From an uncultured Verrucomicrobiae bacterium (lineage in GTDB: Bacteria > Verrucomicrobiota > Verrucomicrobiia > Palsa-1439): a stretch of 64,000 bases of DNA. A model generated the notes under the pieces. The model saw only the letters and a list, made by a program, of their open reading frames with translations, made no database searches and was not told where the DNA came from. The stretch lies in assembly GCA_963766065.1 (NCBI GenBank), contig CAVYAC010000104.1, forward strand, positions 1,516-65,515, written 5' to 3'. Positions 40,224 to 49,976 of this stretch are shown here, in pieces. How positions within the stretch are numbered: the stretch's first letter is position 1; each line of letters starts with the position of its first letter. A program made the position numbers and the translations under genes.

Positions 40224-43200
40224 ATGCAGAGAATCCCGAGCGACAGCGAGGAGCGGCTCAACGAGGCGCAAGCCCTCGGCAGGATCGGTGACTGGGAATT
40301 CGACGTGGCGACCCGGCAAATCCGGTGGTCGCAACAGACCTTCGCGCTCTTTGGACTGGACCCGGCCAACGGGACACCGGCCTTCGAAACATTCCTGACC
40401 TACTTCGTGCCGGAAGACTCTGCGCGATTGCAGCAACTCCTTCAGCAAGCCGTTGAAACCGGTGAAAGATTCGAAGTCGACTCGCACTTCGTAACGCCCA
40501 ACGGCAAGGAGGGCTACCTGTTCAGCATCGGCATCCCCGTACGAGACAGCAGCGGCAAGGTCACGAAGCTTCGTGGCATCGGTCAGGACATCACCGCGCG
40601 CAAGCGGGCCGAGGAGGCACTGCGCAAAGGCGAGGAAAAGTACCGGGATCTCTTCGAAAGCTCCCGTGACGCTCTCATGATCGCGGAGCCGCCTTTGGGG
40701 AGGATCACCTCCGTAAACCTGGCGGCAGTGAAGATATATGGGGCGAAGAACAAGGAAGAGTTGCTTTCTCGCATGCCGTGGGAACTGTCTCCCGAGCGGC
40801 AGCCGGACGGGCGCGATTCCGCCGAGAAAGCCAGGGAAATGATTGCGACGGCCATCCGCGAGGGCTCCCATTTCTTTGAATGGACGCACCGACGCTTGAG
40901 CGGCGAGGAGTTCTCTGCCGAGGTGCTCCTGACCAGGATGGAGCGGGATGGAAAGGTGTTTCACCAGGCAACGGTCAGGGACATCACCGAGCGCAAAAAG
41001 GCGGTGACTGCCCTTGAAGAGAGCGAGAAGAAGTATCGCCTTCTGGTCGAGCAATCCGTCGATGGGATCATGATTGCTGACCAGCGATGGAACATCCGAT
41101 TCGTCAATCCCGCCATCTGCCACATGCTTGGCTATACGTCGGAAGAGTTGTGCCAGCTAAACATCGCAGAGACCGGTATCCCGGAAGAACGCAAGAAGGT
41201 TGCGCGAGAGCGGCAGGCGGTTCGCGATGGATCAATCGTGCGCTACGAGCGCGCCATCCGCAAGAAGGACGGCTCTTGTTTCCCCGTGGAAGTGATCGTC
41301 GGAGATCTGGGCGATGGCCGATACCAGGAGATCGTTCGCGACATCACCGAACGCAAGCGCTCCGAACACAGCCTGCGGTTGCAGGGTGCCGCCTTGGAAG
41401 CAGCGGCCAACGCCATCACCATCACCGACGCCGACGGCACCATCCTCTGGTTCAATTCTGCGTTCACCGCGTTGACCGGCTACACACGCGAGGAGGCCTT
41501 CGGCAGGAACCAGCGGATCCTCAAATCCGGCAAGCACGACGCGGCGTTCTACACCGGGTTGTGGCGCACCATCAAGGCGGGCAACGTCTGGCACGGCGAA
41601 CTCATCAACTGTCGCAAAGATGGCACGGAGTACACCGAGGAGATGACGATCACCCCCGTGCGCAATGACCGCGGCGAGATCAGCCACTTCATTGCCATCA
41701 AGCAGGATGTCACTGCACGCAGTCGGACGGCGGACGAAGCACAGAGGCGACAAGACGTTTTGGACGCCATCACGAACTCGGCACAGGAGGCCATCCTGAT
41801 GATGGACCCGCAGGGGCTCGTGACTTTCTGGAATCCGTCGGCTGAGCGCATTCTGGGGTACGCACAGAATGAGGCCATCGGTCGGAACCTGCACGAACTG
41901 ATCGCCCCCCCGCGTTATCAAGACGCGCACCAGAAGGCGTTCCCGGAGTTTCAGCGGACGGGACACGGGAATGCCGTTGGGAAGCAGATGGAATTGGAGG
42001 CGCGACGCAAGGATGGCCGTGAGGTTACCGTCGAACTGTCGCTGTCCGCCGTTCGGATCGGGGGTGGCTGGCATGCTGTGGGGGTCCTTCGCGACGTCAC
42101 CGAGCGCAAGTGCGCCGATGAAGCGCTGCGGGAAAGCAACCGCCAACTGCAAGAGGCCTTGGAAGACTTGCAAGCCGCTCAAGAACGGATCATGCAACAG
42201 GAACGCCTGAGCGCGCTGGGGACGATGGCCAGTGGCATCGCCCACGATTTCAACAACTCGCTGACCGCCATCCTCGGCAGCACCGAACTGCTGCTCCATC
42301 TGCCTGGACAACTCGACGACAAGGAAAAAGCCATTCGCCACATTATGATGATGAACACCGCCGCGCAGGACGCCAGCAGGGTCGTCGACCGCCTCCGCGA
42401 GTTTTATCGCCGCCGTGAGGAACAGGAAGCCCATATTCCCGTGAATATCAACGATATTATTGGCGAGGCCGTCACGCTGACAGAGCCCAAGTGGAAGGTC
42501 GAAGCCCAAGCTCGATGCATCGCAGTGAATGTGCGCACCGACATGCAAGAGGTTCCACTTGTCGCCGGCAACGCCGCCGAACTGCGCGCAGCGTTGACCA
42601 ACTTGCTATTCAACGCCGTGGATGCCATGCCACGCGGCGGCACCATCACCATCCGCACCTACCGCGACGACGGCTATGTGGTGCTGGAAATCGGCGACAC
42701 CGGCACCGGCATGACCGAGGAAGTCCGTCGCCGCTGCCTCGAGCCGTTTTTCACCACCAAAGGCGAGCACGGCACGGGACTTGGCCTGTCCATGGTCTAC
42801 GGCATCATCCAGCGCCACCAAGGAACAATTGATGTTGAGAGCGAAATCAGCAAGGGCACGACCTTCATCATCCACTTGCCGGTGCAGTCGGCCAGGCTGC
42901 AGGTCGGGCCTTCGGCAACACCAGCGAGTGTGACCCAGCACCTTCACATCCTCGTGGTTGATGACGAAGCCGTGGTGCGCAATATCGTTGGCGAGTATCT
43001 GAAGATTGACGGACACATCGTGGAGGCTGCCGATAGTGGCCACGACGGTCTGGAGAAATTCCGTAACAGTCGGTTTGACCTTGTGCTGGTAGATCGCGCC
43101 ATGCCGGGCATGAGCGGTGATCAAGTCGCCGCCGCAATCAAATCCACCGCACCCAAAGTACCGGTCGTCATGCTCACCGGTTTTGGTTCGATGATGAACG

Positions 43201-43304
43201 CCGCTGACGAGAAACCCATAGGCGTGGACTTCATCGTCGGAAAGCCCGTGACGATCAACACGCTGCGCACCGCTATCTCCAAGGCGGTTGCGTCCGCGAG
43301 CTGA
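40224..43304 (+). CDS. Multi-PAS hybrid sensor histidine kinase (PAS x5-6, HisKA, HATPase_c, receiver)
   Basis: Repeated PAS/PAC signatures (ITERK/ITARK ends), H-box GIAHDFNNSL, G-boxes GDTGTGM and GTGLGLSMV, and receiver VVDDE...DLVLVDRAMPGMSG. Start taken at ATG MQRIPSD. Confidence 0.9.
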   Translation: MQRIPSDSEERLNEAQALGRIGDWEFDVATRQIRWSQQTFALFGLDPANGTPAFETFLTYFVPEDSARLQQLLQQAVETGERFEVDSHFVTPNGKEGYLFSIGIPVRDSSGKVTKLRGIGQDITARKRAEEALRKGEEKYRDLFESSRDALMIAEPPLGRITSVNLAAVKIYGAKNKEELLSRMPWELSPERQPDGRDSAEKAREMIATAIREGSHFFEWTHRRLSGEEFSAEVLLTRMERDGKVFHQATVRDITERKKAVTALEESEKKYRLLVEQSVDGIMIADQRWNIRFVNPAICHMLGYTSEELCQLNIAETGIPEERKKVARERQAVRDGSIVRYERAIRKKDGSCFPVEVIVGDLGDGRYQEIVRDITERKRSEHSLRLQGAALEAAANAITITDADGTILWFNSAFTALTGYTREEAFGRNQRILKSGKHDAAFYTGLWRTIKAGNVWHGELINCRKDGTEYTEEMTITPVRNDRGEISHFIAIKQDVTARSRTADEAQRRQDVLDAITNSAQEAILMMDPQGLVTFWNPSAERILGYAQNEAIGRNLHELIAPPRYQDAHQKAFPEFQRTGHGNAVGKQMELEARRKDGREVTVELSLSAVRIGGGWHAVGVLRDVTERKCADEALRESNRQLQEALEDLQAAQERIMQQERLSALGTMASGIAHDFNNSLTAILGSTELLLHLPGQLDDKEKAIRHIMMMNTAAQDASRVVDRLREFYRRREEQEAHIPVNINDIIGEAVTLTEPKWKVEAQARCIAVNVRTDMQEVPLVAGNAAELRAALTNLLFNAVDAMPRGGTITIRTYRDDGYVVLEIGDTGTGMTEEVRRRCLEPFFTTKGEHGTGLGLSMVYGIIQRHQGTIDVESEISKGTTFIIHLPVQSARLQVGPSATPASVTQHLHILVVDDEAVVRNIVGEYLKIDGHIVEAADSGHDGLEKFRNSRFDLVLVDRAMPGMSGDQVAAAIKSTAPKVPVVMLTGFGSMMNAADEKPIGVDFIVGKPVTINTLRTAISKAVASAS

Positions 43305-43829
43305 TTGACTCGTTCAGCGTCAGCAACGCGGGTTTTCGTGCGCCGACGAGGGGACAATGGGGTGGTAGGCCAGTCCTGCCGAGAGAGCATCTCAGCCGCC
43401 TCCCCGCCAGCGACCAGTGCGCGCGCCTCGTGTTCTCCAGAGACTTGACCACCACCGCATAAATCGCCACGCCCCTTCTAAATCGCCCGCCATGGCCCCT
43501 TAAATTGGCACAGGGACGCGGGTGGATATGGGGGGATTTGTTATGCCAGATAGTTATGCGAATGGGTTGCCGGCAACAGGAGTTGCAAAAAATGGCGCTT
43601 TTATTGGTGCTTGTGAATTGGTGCGCGGTGGCAGAGAACCCAAGGTTGCGTCTTTGGACGGCGGTCTCAGCCCGCAAACGCAGAAGCGAATCGAGGATGG
43701 CAAATTATTGGTATTTGTCTGGCGGGTACGCATCTGCTGCTTGGGGATTGTTGCGGCTGGACAACAACCCGTTAGCGCACGAGCCAGATTTTTGTTGACT
43801 CCGCTGTGCGCCTGTGAAAGCCTTCACAA

Positions 43830-44000
43830 TTGGCGAGGGCGACGTAGCCAAGACGCTCGCCTGCCCGGTTTCGGGTTCGAGTCGGCGGCGAGAATGTACT
43901 CGAACCATAGTTCCGTCCTGACGGGCGTGTCTGCTATCGAACGCCTGCCTGACCCCTGTTGCCTCTTACCTGACGTATGTTTCCGACGAGCGTGCCGTCA
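43830..44000 (+). promoter_or_regulatory. Conserved three-hairpin leader element, copy 1 (candidate cis-regulatory RNA)
   Basis: Aligns to 46303-46470. Stems are GGCGAG/CTCGCC (43832/43856), GGTTCGAG/CTCGAACC (43874/43899) and GGCGT/ACGCC (43924/43941). The reading frame is not preserved between the copies. Confidence 0.45.
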
Positions 44001-44061
44001 GCGCCCGTCACCATCCACGCAATTCAACCGCGTGCCTTTCGCACGCAAGGAGAACACCATC

Positions 44062-44169
44062 ATGAAGAAGCCGCTCGTTTCACTCAACCAACCATGCGGG
44101 TTGCATCGGAAAACAGTTCAACACAACGCGACTGCGACCCCTCTTATCCACCGAAAGGAGAATCAGTAG
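44062..44169 (+). CDS. 35-codon upstream ORF abutting the collagen-like gene start
   Basis: AAGGAG-N9-ATG. MKKPLVSLNQPCGLHRKTVQHNATATPLIHRKENQ, with its TAG immediately followed by the ATG at 44170. Confidence 0.3.
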   Translation: MKKPLVSLNQPCGLHRKTVQHNATATPLIHRKENQ

Positions 44170-45360
44170 ATGAAGACTACAGTTTTAACCATCATGGCCG
44201 TCGTAGGGCTGGCGTGCGTGGCCAGCGCACAAAATGAGTTCGGGTTGGGCGCGGGCAACGGCACGTTGACCGGTTCGAATAATACGGGCATTGGCTACGC
44301 AGCGCTCCAGGGCATCTCAAGCGGCTCCGACAACACGGCCAACGGCTACGAAGCGCTCTTTGCCAACCATAGCGGCTCGTACAACACGGCCAACGGCTAC
44401 TATGCGCTCTATTTCAACATGGAAGGCAGCGGCAACACGGCCAACGGCTACATGGCGCTCTATAACAGCGCGAGCGGCTCCTGGAATACGGCCAACGGCT
44501 TCGAGGCGCTGTATGACAACACGAGCGGCTGGCAGAACACAGCCGACGGCACCGAAGCACTCGTAAACAACACGAGCGGCTCCTACAACACGGCCAACGG
44601 CGGCGGCGCGCTTCAGCACAACACGAGCGGCTCGTGGAACACGGCCGACGGCTACGAAGCGCTCTATAACAACACGAACGGCGCGGAGAACACAGCCGTC
44701 GGCGACGACGCGCTCCAGGGCAACACGGACGGCAACTTCAATATCGCATTAGGATATGACGCGGGCGGCGATCTTGTCTCGGGTGACTACAACATCTATA
44801 TTGGCAACACGGGTGATAACTACGAATCCGGTACCATTCGTATCGGCACGCCAGGCACCCATACGAACACGTTTATCACTGGGATCTATGAGAATTCGGG
44901 TTTGTCGGGCGGCACGGTGGTCGCCGTGACCCCCGACGGGCAACTCGGTACAACAAACATCACCGGCGTTGCCGGCCCACAAGGACCTGCGGGGCCAACG
45001 GGTGCGACTGGGGCGACGGGGGCTACAGGCGCAACGGGCCCGCAAGGACCGGCTGGCCCACAGGGAGCCACGGGAGCCATAGGGGCCACAGGAGCCACGG
45101 GGGCCACAGGAGCCACGGGGGCCACGGGAGCCACGGGAGCCATAGGGGCAACAGGAGCCACCGGAGCAACCGGTGCCACTGGCCCACAGGGACCGGCGGG
45201 AATTGGACTAGTCCAAGGTGCTTATCTAACCTTGCCGACGGGAACGCCCGCCCCCACGAACTTCACCTTTGTGGGAACAACGACTATGAAGTATTCGTAT
45301 AAGGTCGGAAAAAAGACCAAGTCTGCAACCGTGACTCTCGACCTCTATCAGATGGATTAG
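44170..45360 (+). CDS. Secreted tail-fibre/YadA-head-like repeat protein with collagen-like GXY tract
   Basis: Signal peptide; about 8 x 17-aa repeats ([17 protein letters not shown]); then 27 consecutive G-X-Y triplets (GAT/GPQ/GPA). Confidence 0.8.
   Translation: MKTTVLTIMAVVGLACVASAQNEFGLGAGNGTLTGSNNTGIGYAALQGISSGSDNTANGYEALFANHSGSYNTANGYYALYFNMEGSGNTANGYMALYNSASGSWNTANGFEALYDNTSGWQNTADGTEALVNNTSGSYNTANGGGALQHNTSGSWNTADGYEALYNNTNGAENTAVGDDALQGNTDGNFNIALGYDAGGDLVSGDYNIYIGNTGDNYESGTIRIGTPGTHTNTFITGIYENSGLSGGTVVAVTPDGQLGTTNITGVAGPQGPAGPTGATGATGATGATGPQGPAGPQGATGAIGATGATGATGATGATGATGAIGATGATGATGATGPQGPAGIGLVQGAYLTLPTGTPAPTNFTFVGTTTMKYSYKVGKKTKSATVTLDLYQMD
44965..45207 (+). repeat. Collagen-like coding tract of 9-nt periodicity (GGNGCNACN)n
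   Basis: Runs of GGAGCCACG/GGGGCCACA units encoding (GAT)n, interrupted by GPQGPAGP. Confidence 0.85.
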
Positions 45361-45743
45361 CGTCCAGACCTGTTGGTCGCATTCGTTATCCGGATGAGCC
45401 CCGCAGAGTTTTGGGGATCGTTCTTCGTATCCGGCTGAGGAGGAGCATGGGACCGTCGCGGCGCGTCAGTTTGAATCGCCGGCGTCGGCATCGACTGGGG
45501 AATCTACTAAGACTGCGGGTTTGCGGGGACGATTCCGCCGACCGAAAGAGTCCCCACCCCCCATCGTGCATGGTGACGGCAAGTATATTAGTCCTCCGAC
45601 AGGGGCGGGGACATCCACAACGGTTCCTGAAACTTCCCAAATCCGGTAGACAATCATCTGCCAGAAATGTCGAGGGCATTTGCCGCTTCCTGGCCGCCGC
45701 CGTCATGCCTCCCGTTCCCCCGGCAACTGTCCTTAGCCTCCGG

Positions 45744-45917
45744 TCACAGCAGGTTTGAGTTGACGGTCAACAGCGTATTGTTGACGTGGGTACCGAGCCC
45801 CTGGAGAATGAGGACTGCGACCACGGAAATCAAAACCAGAATCAGGGCATACTCGACCAAGCCCTGACCCGATTTGTTTGTGACCACGTAAGCAAGTTTT
45901 TGCAGACGTTTCTTCAT
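45744..45917 (-). CDS. Flp-family type IVb pilin
   Basis: 57 aa: MKKRLQKLAYVVTNKSGQG/LVEYALILVLISVVAVLIL..., containing the G-x4-EY processing motif. Confidence 0.7.
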   Translation of the reverse strand: MKKRLQKLAYVVTNKSGQGLVEYALILVLISVVAVLILQGLGTHVNNTLLTVNSNLL

Positions 45918-45993
45918 AAGCCGCCCCTTAGCAGCAGGCGGCTTGCCCTGTTTTTGCCGCCTCTGCCTCCGTCCGTCACCCCCGCCTCCGCCG

Positions 45994-46227
45994 TTCCAGA
46001 TCACTTCCATTGTTCGCACCAACGTCAACGACCTGTTGATCACGTGGAACACCACCGGGACCAGCAACATCGTCCAAGTCGGTCCAGGCGTGGGAGCCGC
46101 TGGCAGTTTCTCGACGAACAGTGTCACCGACCTGACCAATATCGTCGTCACGACCGCCACGACGAATCTTTGGGATGTGGGTGCAGCGACCAACAGGCCG
46201 ACCCGCTACTACCGTGTTCGCTCGCCG
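45994..46227 (+). pseudogene. Orphan copy of the C-terminal ITWNTTGT...RYYRVRS domain (gene fragment)
   Basis: This 234-nt segment is colinear with 52334-52567, the 3' end of CDS 51566..52573. It has no N-terminal domain, signal peptide or credible start. Confidence 0.65.
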
Positions 46228-46302
46228 ATTCGGCCTAATGAGCCAACCCTAGAAGCCTGAATTTGCTTGCCAGTAGGATTGATGCAGTGATAGTCTCCAA
46301 CC

Positions 46303-46470
46303 TTGGCGAGGAAGGCGTAGCCACGATGCTCGCCATCCTGTTTTGGGTTCGAGTCGGCGCGCGAATGGGCTCGAACCAAACATTGGTTGTAAGAGGCGGG
46401 TTTGGTGCTAAACGCCTGCGGCAGTCTTTTGCTTCTTCCCTAAGCTACGCTCACGACGAGTATGCCCCGT
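46303..46470 (+). promoter_or_regulatory. Conserved three-hairpin leader element, copy 2
   Basis: Stems are GGCGAG/CTCGCC (46305/46329), GGTTCGAG/CTCGAACC (46346/46370) and GGCG/CGCC (46395/46413). Confidence 0.45.
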
Positions 46471-46503
46471 GCGGCTCGTTATGCAGCGATCCAGCCCGAT
46501 GCC

Positions 46504-46608
46504 ATGAAACCATCATCAAATCACCCGTTGCGGCGGTTCATTCCTCAATGGGCAAAACCGCCCACAGGCGTGGAACCGAGCCGCGACAAAGAGAAAGGCG
46601 AAACGTGA
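46504..46608 (+). CDS. 34-codon upstream ORF overlapping the GloVer gene start
   Basis: MKPSSNHPLRRFIPQWAKPPTGVEPSRDKEKGET, whose TGA overlaps the ATG at 46608 (GTGATGA). No clear RBS. Confidence 0.25.
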   Translation: MKPSSNHPLRRFIPQWAKPPTGVEPSRDKEKGET

Positions 46609-48812
46609 TGAAGACGATCCGAGCATTCGTCGTGATCATGGTCTTGGTCGTAACAGGCCGGGCAGGCAGCGCCAGTGCGCAGGCACTGACCACGCTGTTT
46701 ACGTTTAACGGCACCAATGGCAGCGCTCCGAACATAATGCTTAAAGGCCTGGACGGCAATTTCTACGGCACGACCTTGACCGGCGGGGTGTACAATTTGG
46801 GCACCATCTTTCAACTCACGCCCAAAGGTTCGTTGACCACACTTCACAGTTTTACTGGCGGCGCTGACGGGTATTCGCCGAACTATTTCGCGCAAGCAAA
46901 CGACACCAATTTCTACGGCACGACCTACAACGGCGGGACGAATAACTGCACGTTCACCACAGACTGCCACGGAGGCAGTTGCGGCACGATCTTCCAAATC
47001 TCTCCTGCGGGCGATTTCAGCAGCTTCGAATTTTCCGGGGGCTCTCTCGGAGGTTTCCCGATCTCGTTCTTCTTCGCCAGCGCCGACGATTGCTTCTTTG
47101 GGTCAACCCAAAGCGGAGGGACTGGTGGTCTCAGGTGTGGCCCTGATTGCGGGTGCGGCGAGTTGTTCTATTTTTGCGGTTCAGGTCAGATCCAGACTCC
47201 CTATGGGTTTGGCTCTGAAAGCCTGCAGTCACAACCCTATTGCCAGGTGAACGTCATGGATAGCCAGGGTAATCTTTACGGCACGACTGCGAATAACGGC
47301 GGCGGTGAACACGCCTCGGTATTCATGTTGTCCCCATCGGACGCCTACACCAACCTTTGGACCTTTTATGACGGATCGGGACCTCAGTTGGTCTTCCAGG
47401 GCAGCGATAGCAACTTCTACGGCACGGTCTTGGGGGGGCCGGCTTGCCTTGGCTGTGGCTCAATCTTCCAACTGACACCGCAGGGCACCTTGACAAACCT
47501 CTACACATTTGGCGAGGGTGCCGACGGCGGCTGGCCTACATTGGCCTTCCAAGGTAGCGACGGCAACTTCTACGGCACGGCCGTGGGCGGGAGCACGAAT
47601 TACGTTAGTGGCTATGGCTCGATCTTCCAATTGACGCCGCAGGGCACCTTGACGACACTCTACAAATTTAGCGGCGGTGCCGACGGCGGCTGGCCCGTAT
47701 TGTCCTTCCAGGGCAACGACGGCAATCTCTATGGGGTGACCGGGACCGGCGGGACGAGCACCAATTGCGAAGGCGGCTGCGGCACGGTGTTCATGTTCAG
47801 TTTGGTCGGTGCGCCTTGCAGCTATACCCTGAGCGCCACCAACGCGACGTTCGCCAGCGCGGGCGGCTCCGGTAGCGTTAGCGTGAGCGCATCCAACGGC
47901 TGCGCGTGGACGGCGACCAGCAACGTGGGCTTCATCACTATCACCTCGGATCGCAGCGGCTCCGGCAACGGGACGGTCTATTACAGCGTCGCCGCCAACA
48001 CGAACAGCACCGAGCAGGTCGGCACGATGACAATTGCCGGGCAGACGTTCACCGTCAACCAGGCGGGGGCCAAAGCCTGCGGCTACACGCTGAGCACGAC
48101 AAGCATCAACCTCCCGGCCGCGGGCGGTTCCGGCAGTGTCGGCATTACCGCGTCCGATTCATGCTCGTGGACGGCCGCCAGCAACAACGGCTTTATCACC
48201 ATCACCTCCGGCAGCAGCGGCTCCGGCAATGGAACGGTCGAGTACACGGTTGCCCCCAACACGAGCAGCATCGGGCTCACGGGCACGGTCACGATCGCTG
48301 GCCAGACGTTCACAGTTACCCAGTCAGCCAGTGCGAGCGTTCCTGTAGTCTATAGCGTACTTTCAGAAGACACATTTGCACTGAGCGGCGTGGGCCACGC
48401 TTCTTCCGCGTCATCTCAAACCTGTACGTTTACGAGTACTGGAAGCTTTACTGGAACCTTTGACCTGTATGACGGGACGTATCATTACACGGGAACATAT
48501 ACATTGGTGAAGAATGGCAAGCAGATGGCGCTTACCCTTGATGCCAATGGTTTGTCAGCCGTCGAAAGCAATGAGGTCGATCTAATTGAAGATGCGGCTG
48601 CGGATGCCGGGGTTTCCCTTGAGGATCTCACGGTCACAATCCAGAGCATCAAATTAGGCAACATCTCCATGGAGAATGGCGTACCGCACAAGGAGACCAA
48701 TACTATCACTGGGAAAGCAAGTGCCGCTGTCAACGGAAAGTTCAAAACCAAGAGCTTCACTCATAAATCTGTGAAGACGAACTGGACGCTGGTTTCGGGT
48801 GGGAACCCTTGA
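46608..48812 (+). CDS. Secreted Gloeo_Verruco (GloVer) repeat protein with BACON/Ig-like domains
   Basis: Signal peptide MKTIRAFVVIMVLVVTGRAGSASA. Repeats L..L..F.GGADG..P.....G.DGNFYGTT..GG...GTIFQLTP.G. Two CxYTLS...GSGSVSV...CxWTA...FITITS modules. Confidence 0.8.
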   Translation: MKTIRAFVVIMVLVVTGRAGSASAQALTTLFTFNGTNGSAPNIMLKGLDGNFYGTTLTGGVYNLGTIFQLTPKGSLTTLHSFTGGADGYSPNYFAQANDTNFYGTTYNGGTNNCTFTTDCHGGSCGTIFQISPAGDFSSFEFSGGSLGGFPISFFFASADDCFFGSTQSGGTGGLRCGPDCGCGELFYFCGSGQIQTPYGFGSESLQSQPYCQVNVMDSQGNLYGTTANNGGGEHASVFMLSPSDAYTNLWTFYDGSGPQLVFQGSDSNFYGTVLGGPACLGCGSIFQLTPQGTLTNLYTFGEGADGGWPTLAFQGSDGNFYGTAVGGSTNYVSGYGSIFQLTPQGTLTTLYKFSGGADGGWPVLSFQGNDGNLYGVTGTGGTSTNCEGGCGTVFMFSLVGAPCSYTLSATNATFASAGGSGSVSVSASNGCAWTATSNVGFITITSDRSGSGNGTVYYSVAANTNSTEQVGTMTIAGQTFTVNQAGAKACGYTLSTTSINLPAAGGSGSVGITASDSCSWTAASNNGFITITSGSSGSGNGTVEYTVAPNTSSIGLTGTVTIAGQTFTVTQSASASVPVVYSVLSEDTFALSGVGHASSASSQTCTFTSTGSFTGTFDLYDGTYHYTGTYTLVKNGKQMALTLDANGLSAVESNEVDLIEDAAADAGVSLEDLTVTIQSIKLGNISMENGVPHKETNTITGKASAAVNGKFKTKSFTHKSVKTNWTLVSGGNP

Positions 48813-48931
48813 TCTGGCCGAAGACAGCGGCTGGTCGTTGACGCAAAATTCATGACGAAGAGCTTCACTTACAAATCGGTCAAAAAGCATCGAGACACTC
48901 GTTTCAGGTGCCAACCAACCAAGGAGAAATC

Positions 48932-49708
48932 ATGAAACCAATGTTCTCGAAGCCGGGTTTGTTGATGCTGGTGATTTGCGTCTTTCTGCTCCAGGGCTGC
49001 GCAACTACGCCGCCGCCGAATCTTGACCTGACAAGACGCAACTTCGACTCCGTACAAAAAATCACCGTCGTCCGATACAAAACGCCTGCCCTGGAATCCA
49101 TGCCCAAATCCGCAGCCATATGTATCGCCATCGGCTCAATCTCATTTGTGACCTGCATCGCGGGAGTCATTATCTACGTCAATGCTTCCCATGATGCCGG
49201 AAGAGGGATCCCGGATTTTGGTGAACTGATGACGAAGGATTTCGTCAGCATGGCCGGCGAGGAGATTTCCGGCTGGCCGCCGACCACATCGGTCGAGGCT
49301 CCTGTCAAGAAAGGATACACATCCAAGGACGCTGCCCTGATTGTCGTTGACACCAAGGGCATTTCGCTTACGTGGAACACGGGTCTCGTCTGTGCCGGCG
49401 ACGTAATCGTGGTGGACTCGCGCGGGCAAAAGATCTTTCTGAGACACTTCCTCTATAGGTCGCAGAAGACGAATTTGCAACTGCTCGCGGACAACCACAA
49501 ACCACTGAAGGAAGAAATCTCCATCGCCGCGGAGAAGTGTGCAAACGACGTGGTCTCATGTTTGAAGTCCAACCTGCGTATCAGCGCTCAGGCATTCGCC
49601 GCGCCGCCACCGCCATCGCCGGCACCAGCACAACCTGCCACGCCTACACCTCCGCCTGCTTCTCAACCGCCCGCTCCGTGGTACGTGAGACTTTGGAAGT
49701 GGCTCTGA
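48932..49708 (+). CDS. Lipoprotein with Pro-rich C-terminus (hypothetical)
   Basis: Lipobox FLLQGC and tail PPPPSPAPAQPATPTPPPASQPPAPW. Confidence 0.6.
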   Translation: MKPMFSKPGLLMLVICVFLLQGCATTPPPNLDLTRRNFDSVQKITVVRYKTPALESMPKSAAICIAIGSISFVTCIAGVIIYVNASHDAGRGIPDFGELMTKDFVSMAGEEISGWPPTTSVEAPVKKGYTSKDAALIVVDTKGISLTWNTGLVCAGDVIVVDSRGQKIFLRHFLYRSQKTNLQLLADNHKPLKEEISIAAEKCANDVVSCLKSNLRISAQAFAAPPPPSPAPAQPATPTPPPASQPPAPWYVRLWKWL

Positions 49709-49976
49709 TACGCCACGGAGCATATTCCCGCCGTCCACCTATGGCGGGCCGTTGAGTCAAGATAGAAAGCGAAGGCGTCGAGAGCAAGAGTACAGGAATC
49801 AACCTCGGATGAGAGGCAGCGGCTGTTTGAGATCGCTCATGGTCAGAGCGCCGACCGGATGCCGTGTCGGCTAGGTATTAATAGCCGCGCAATTTTTGCG
49901 CATTTTGGCTACGAATAAGTGGCCTAAACGGCCATTAAACGGTATCAGTCACACGGTTCAATTGGTGTTTTTGAAG

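Noticed and set aside
43522-44061. ORF 43522..44169 (215 aa) and the 115-codon N-terminal extension of 46263..48812 as real coding sequence.
   Set aside because: The two regions are similar at nucleotide level, but the reading frame is not maintained across the alignment. There is no signal peptide or motif, and good starts with signal peptides exist at 44170 and 46608.
44965-45207. CRISPR-like or other non-coding tandem array: the 9-nt periodic tract here, and the 35-nt REP doublet at 35730-35790.
   Set aside because: The 9-nt tract lies in frame inside a CDS and encodes GXY collagen triplets. The REP doublet has only two units, no unique spacers and no cas genes nearby.
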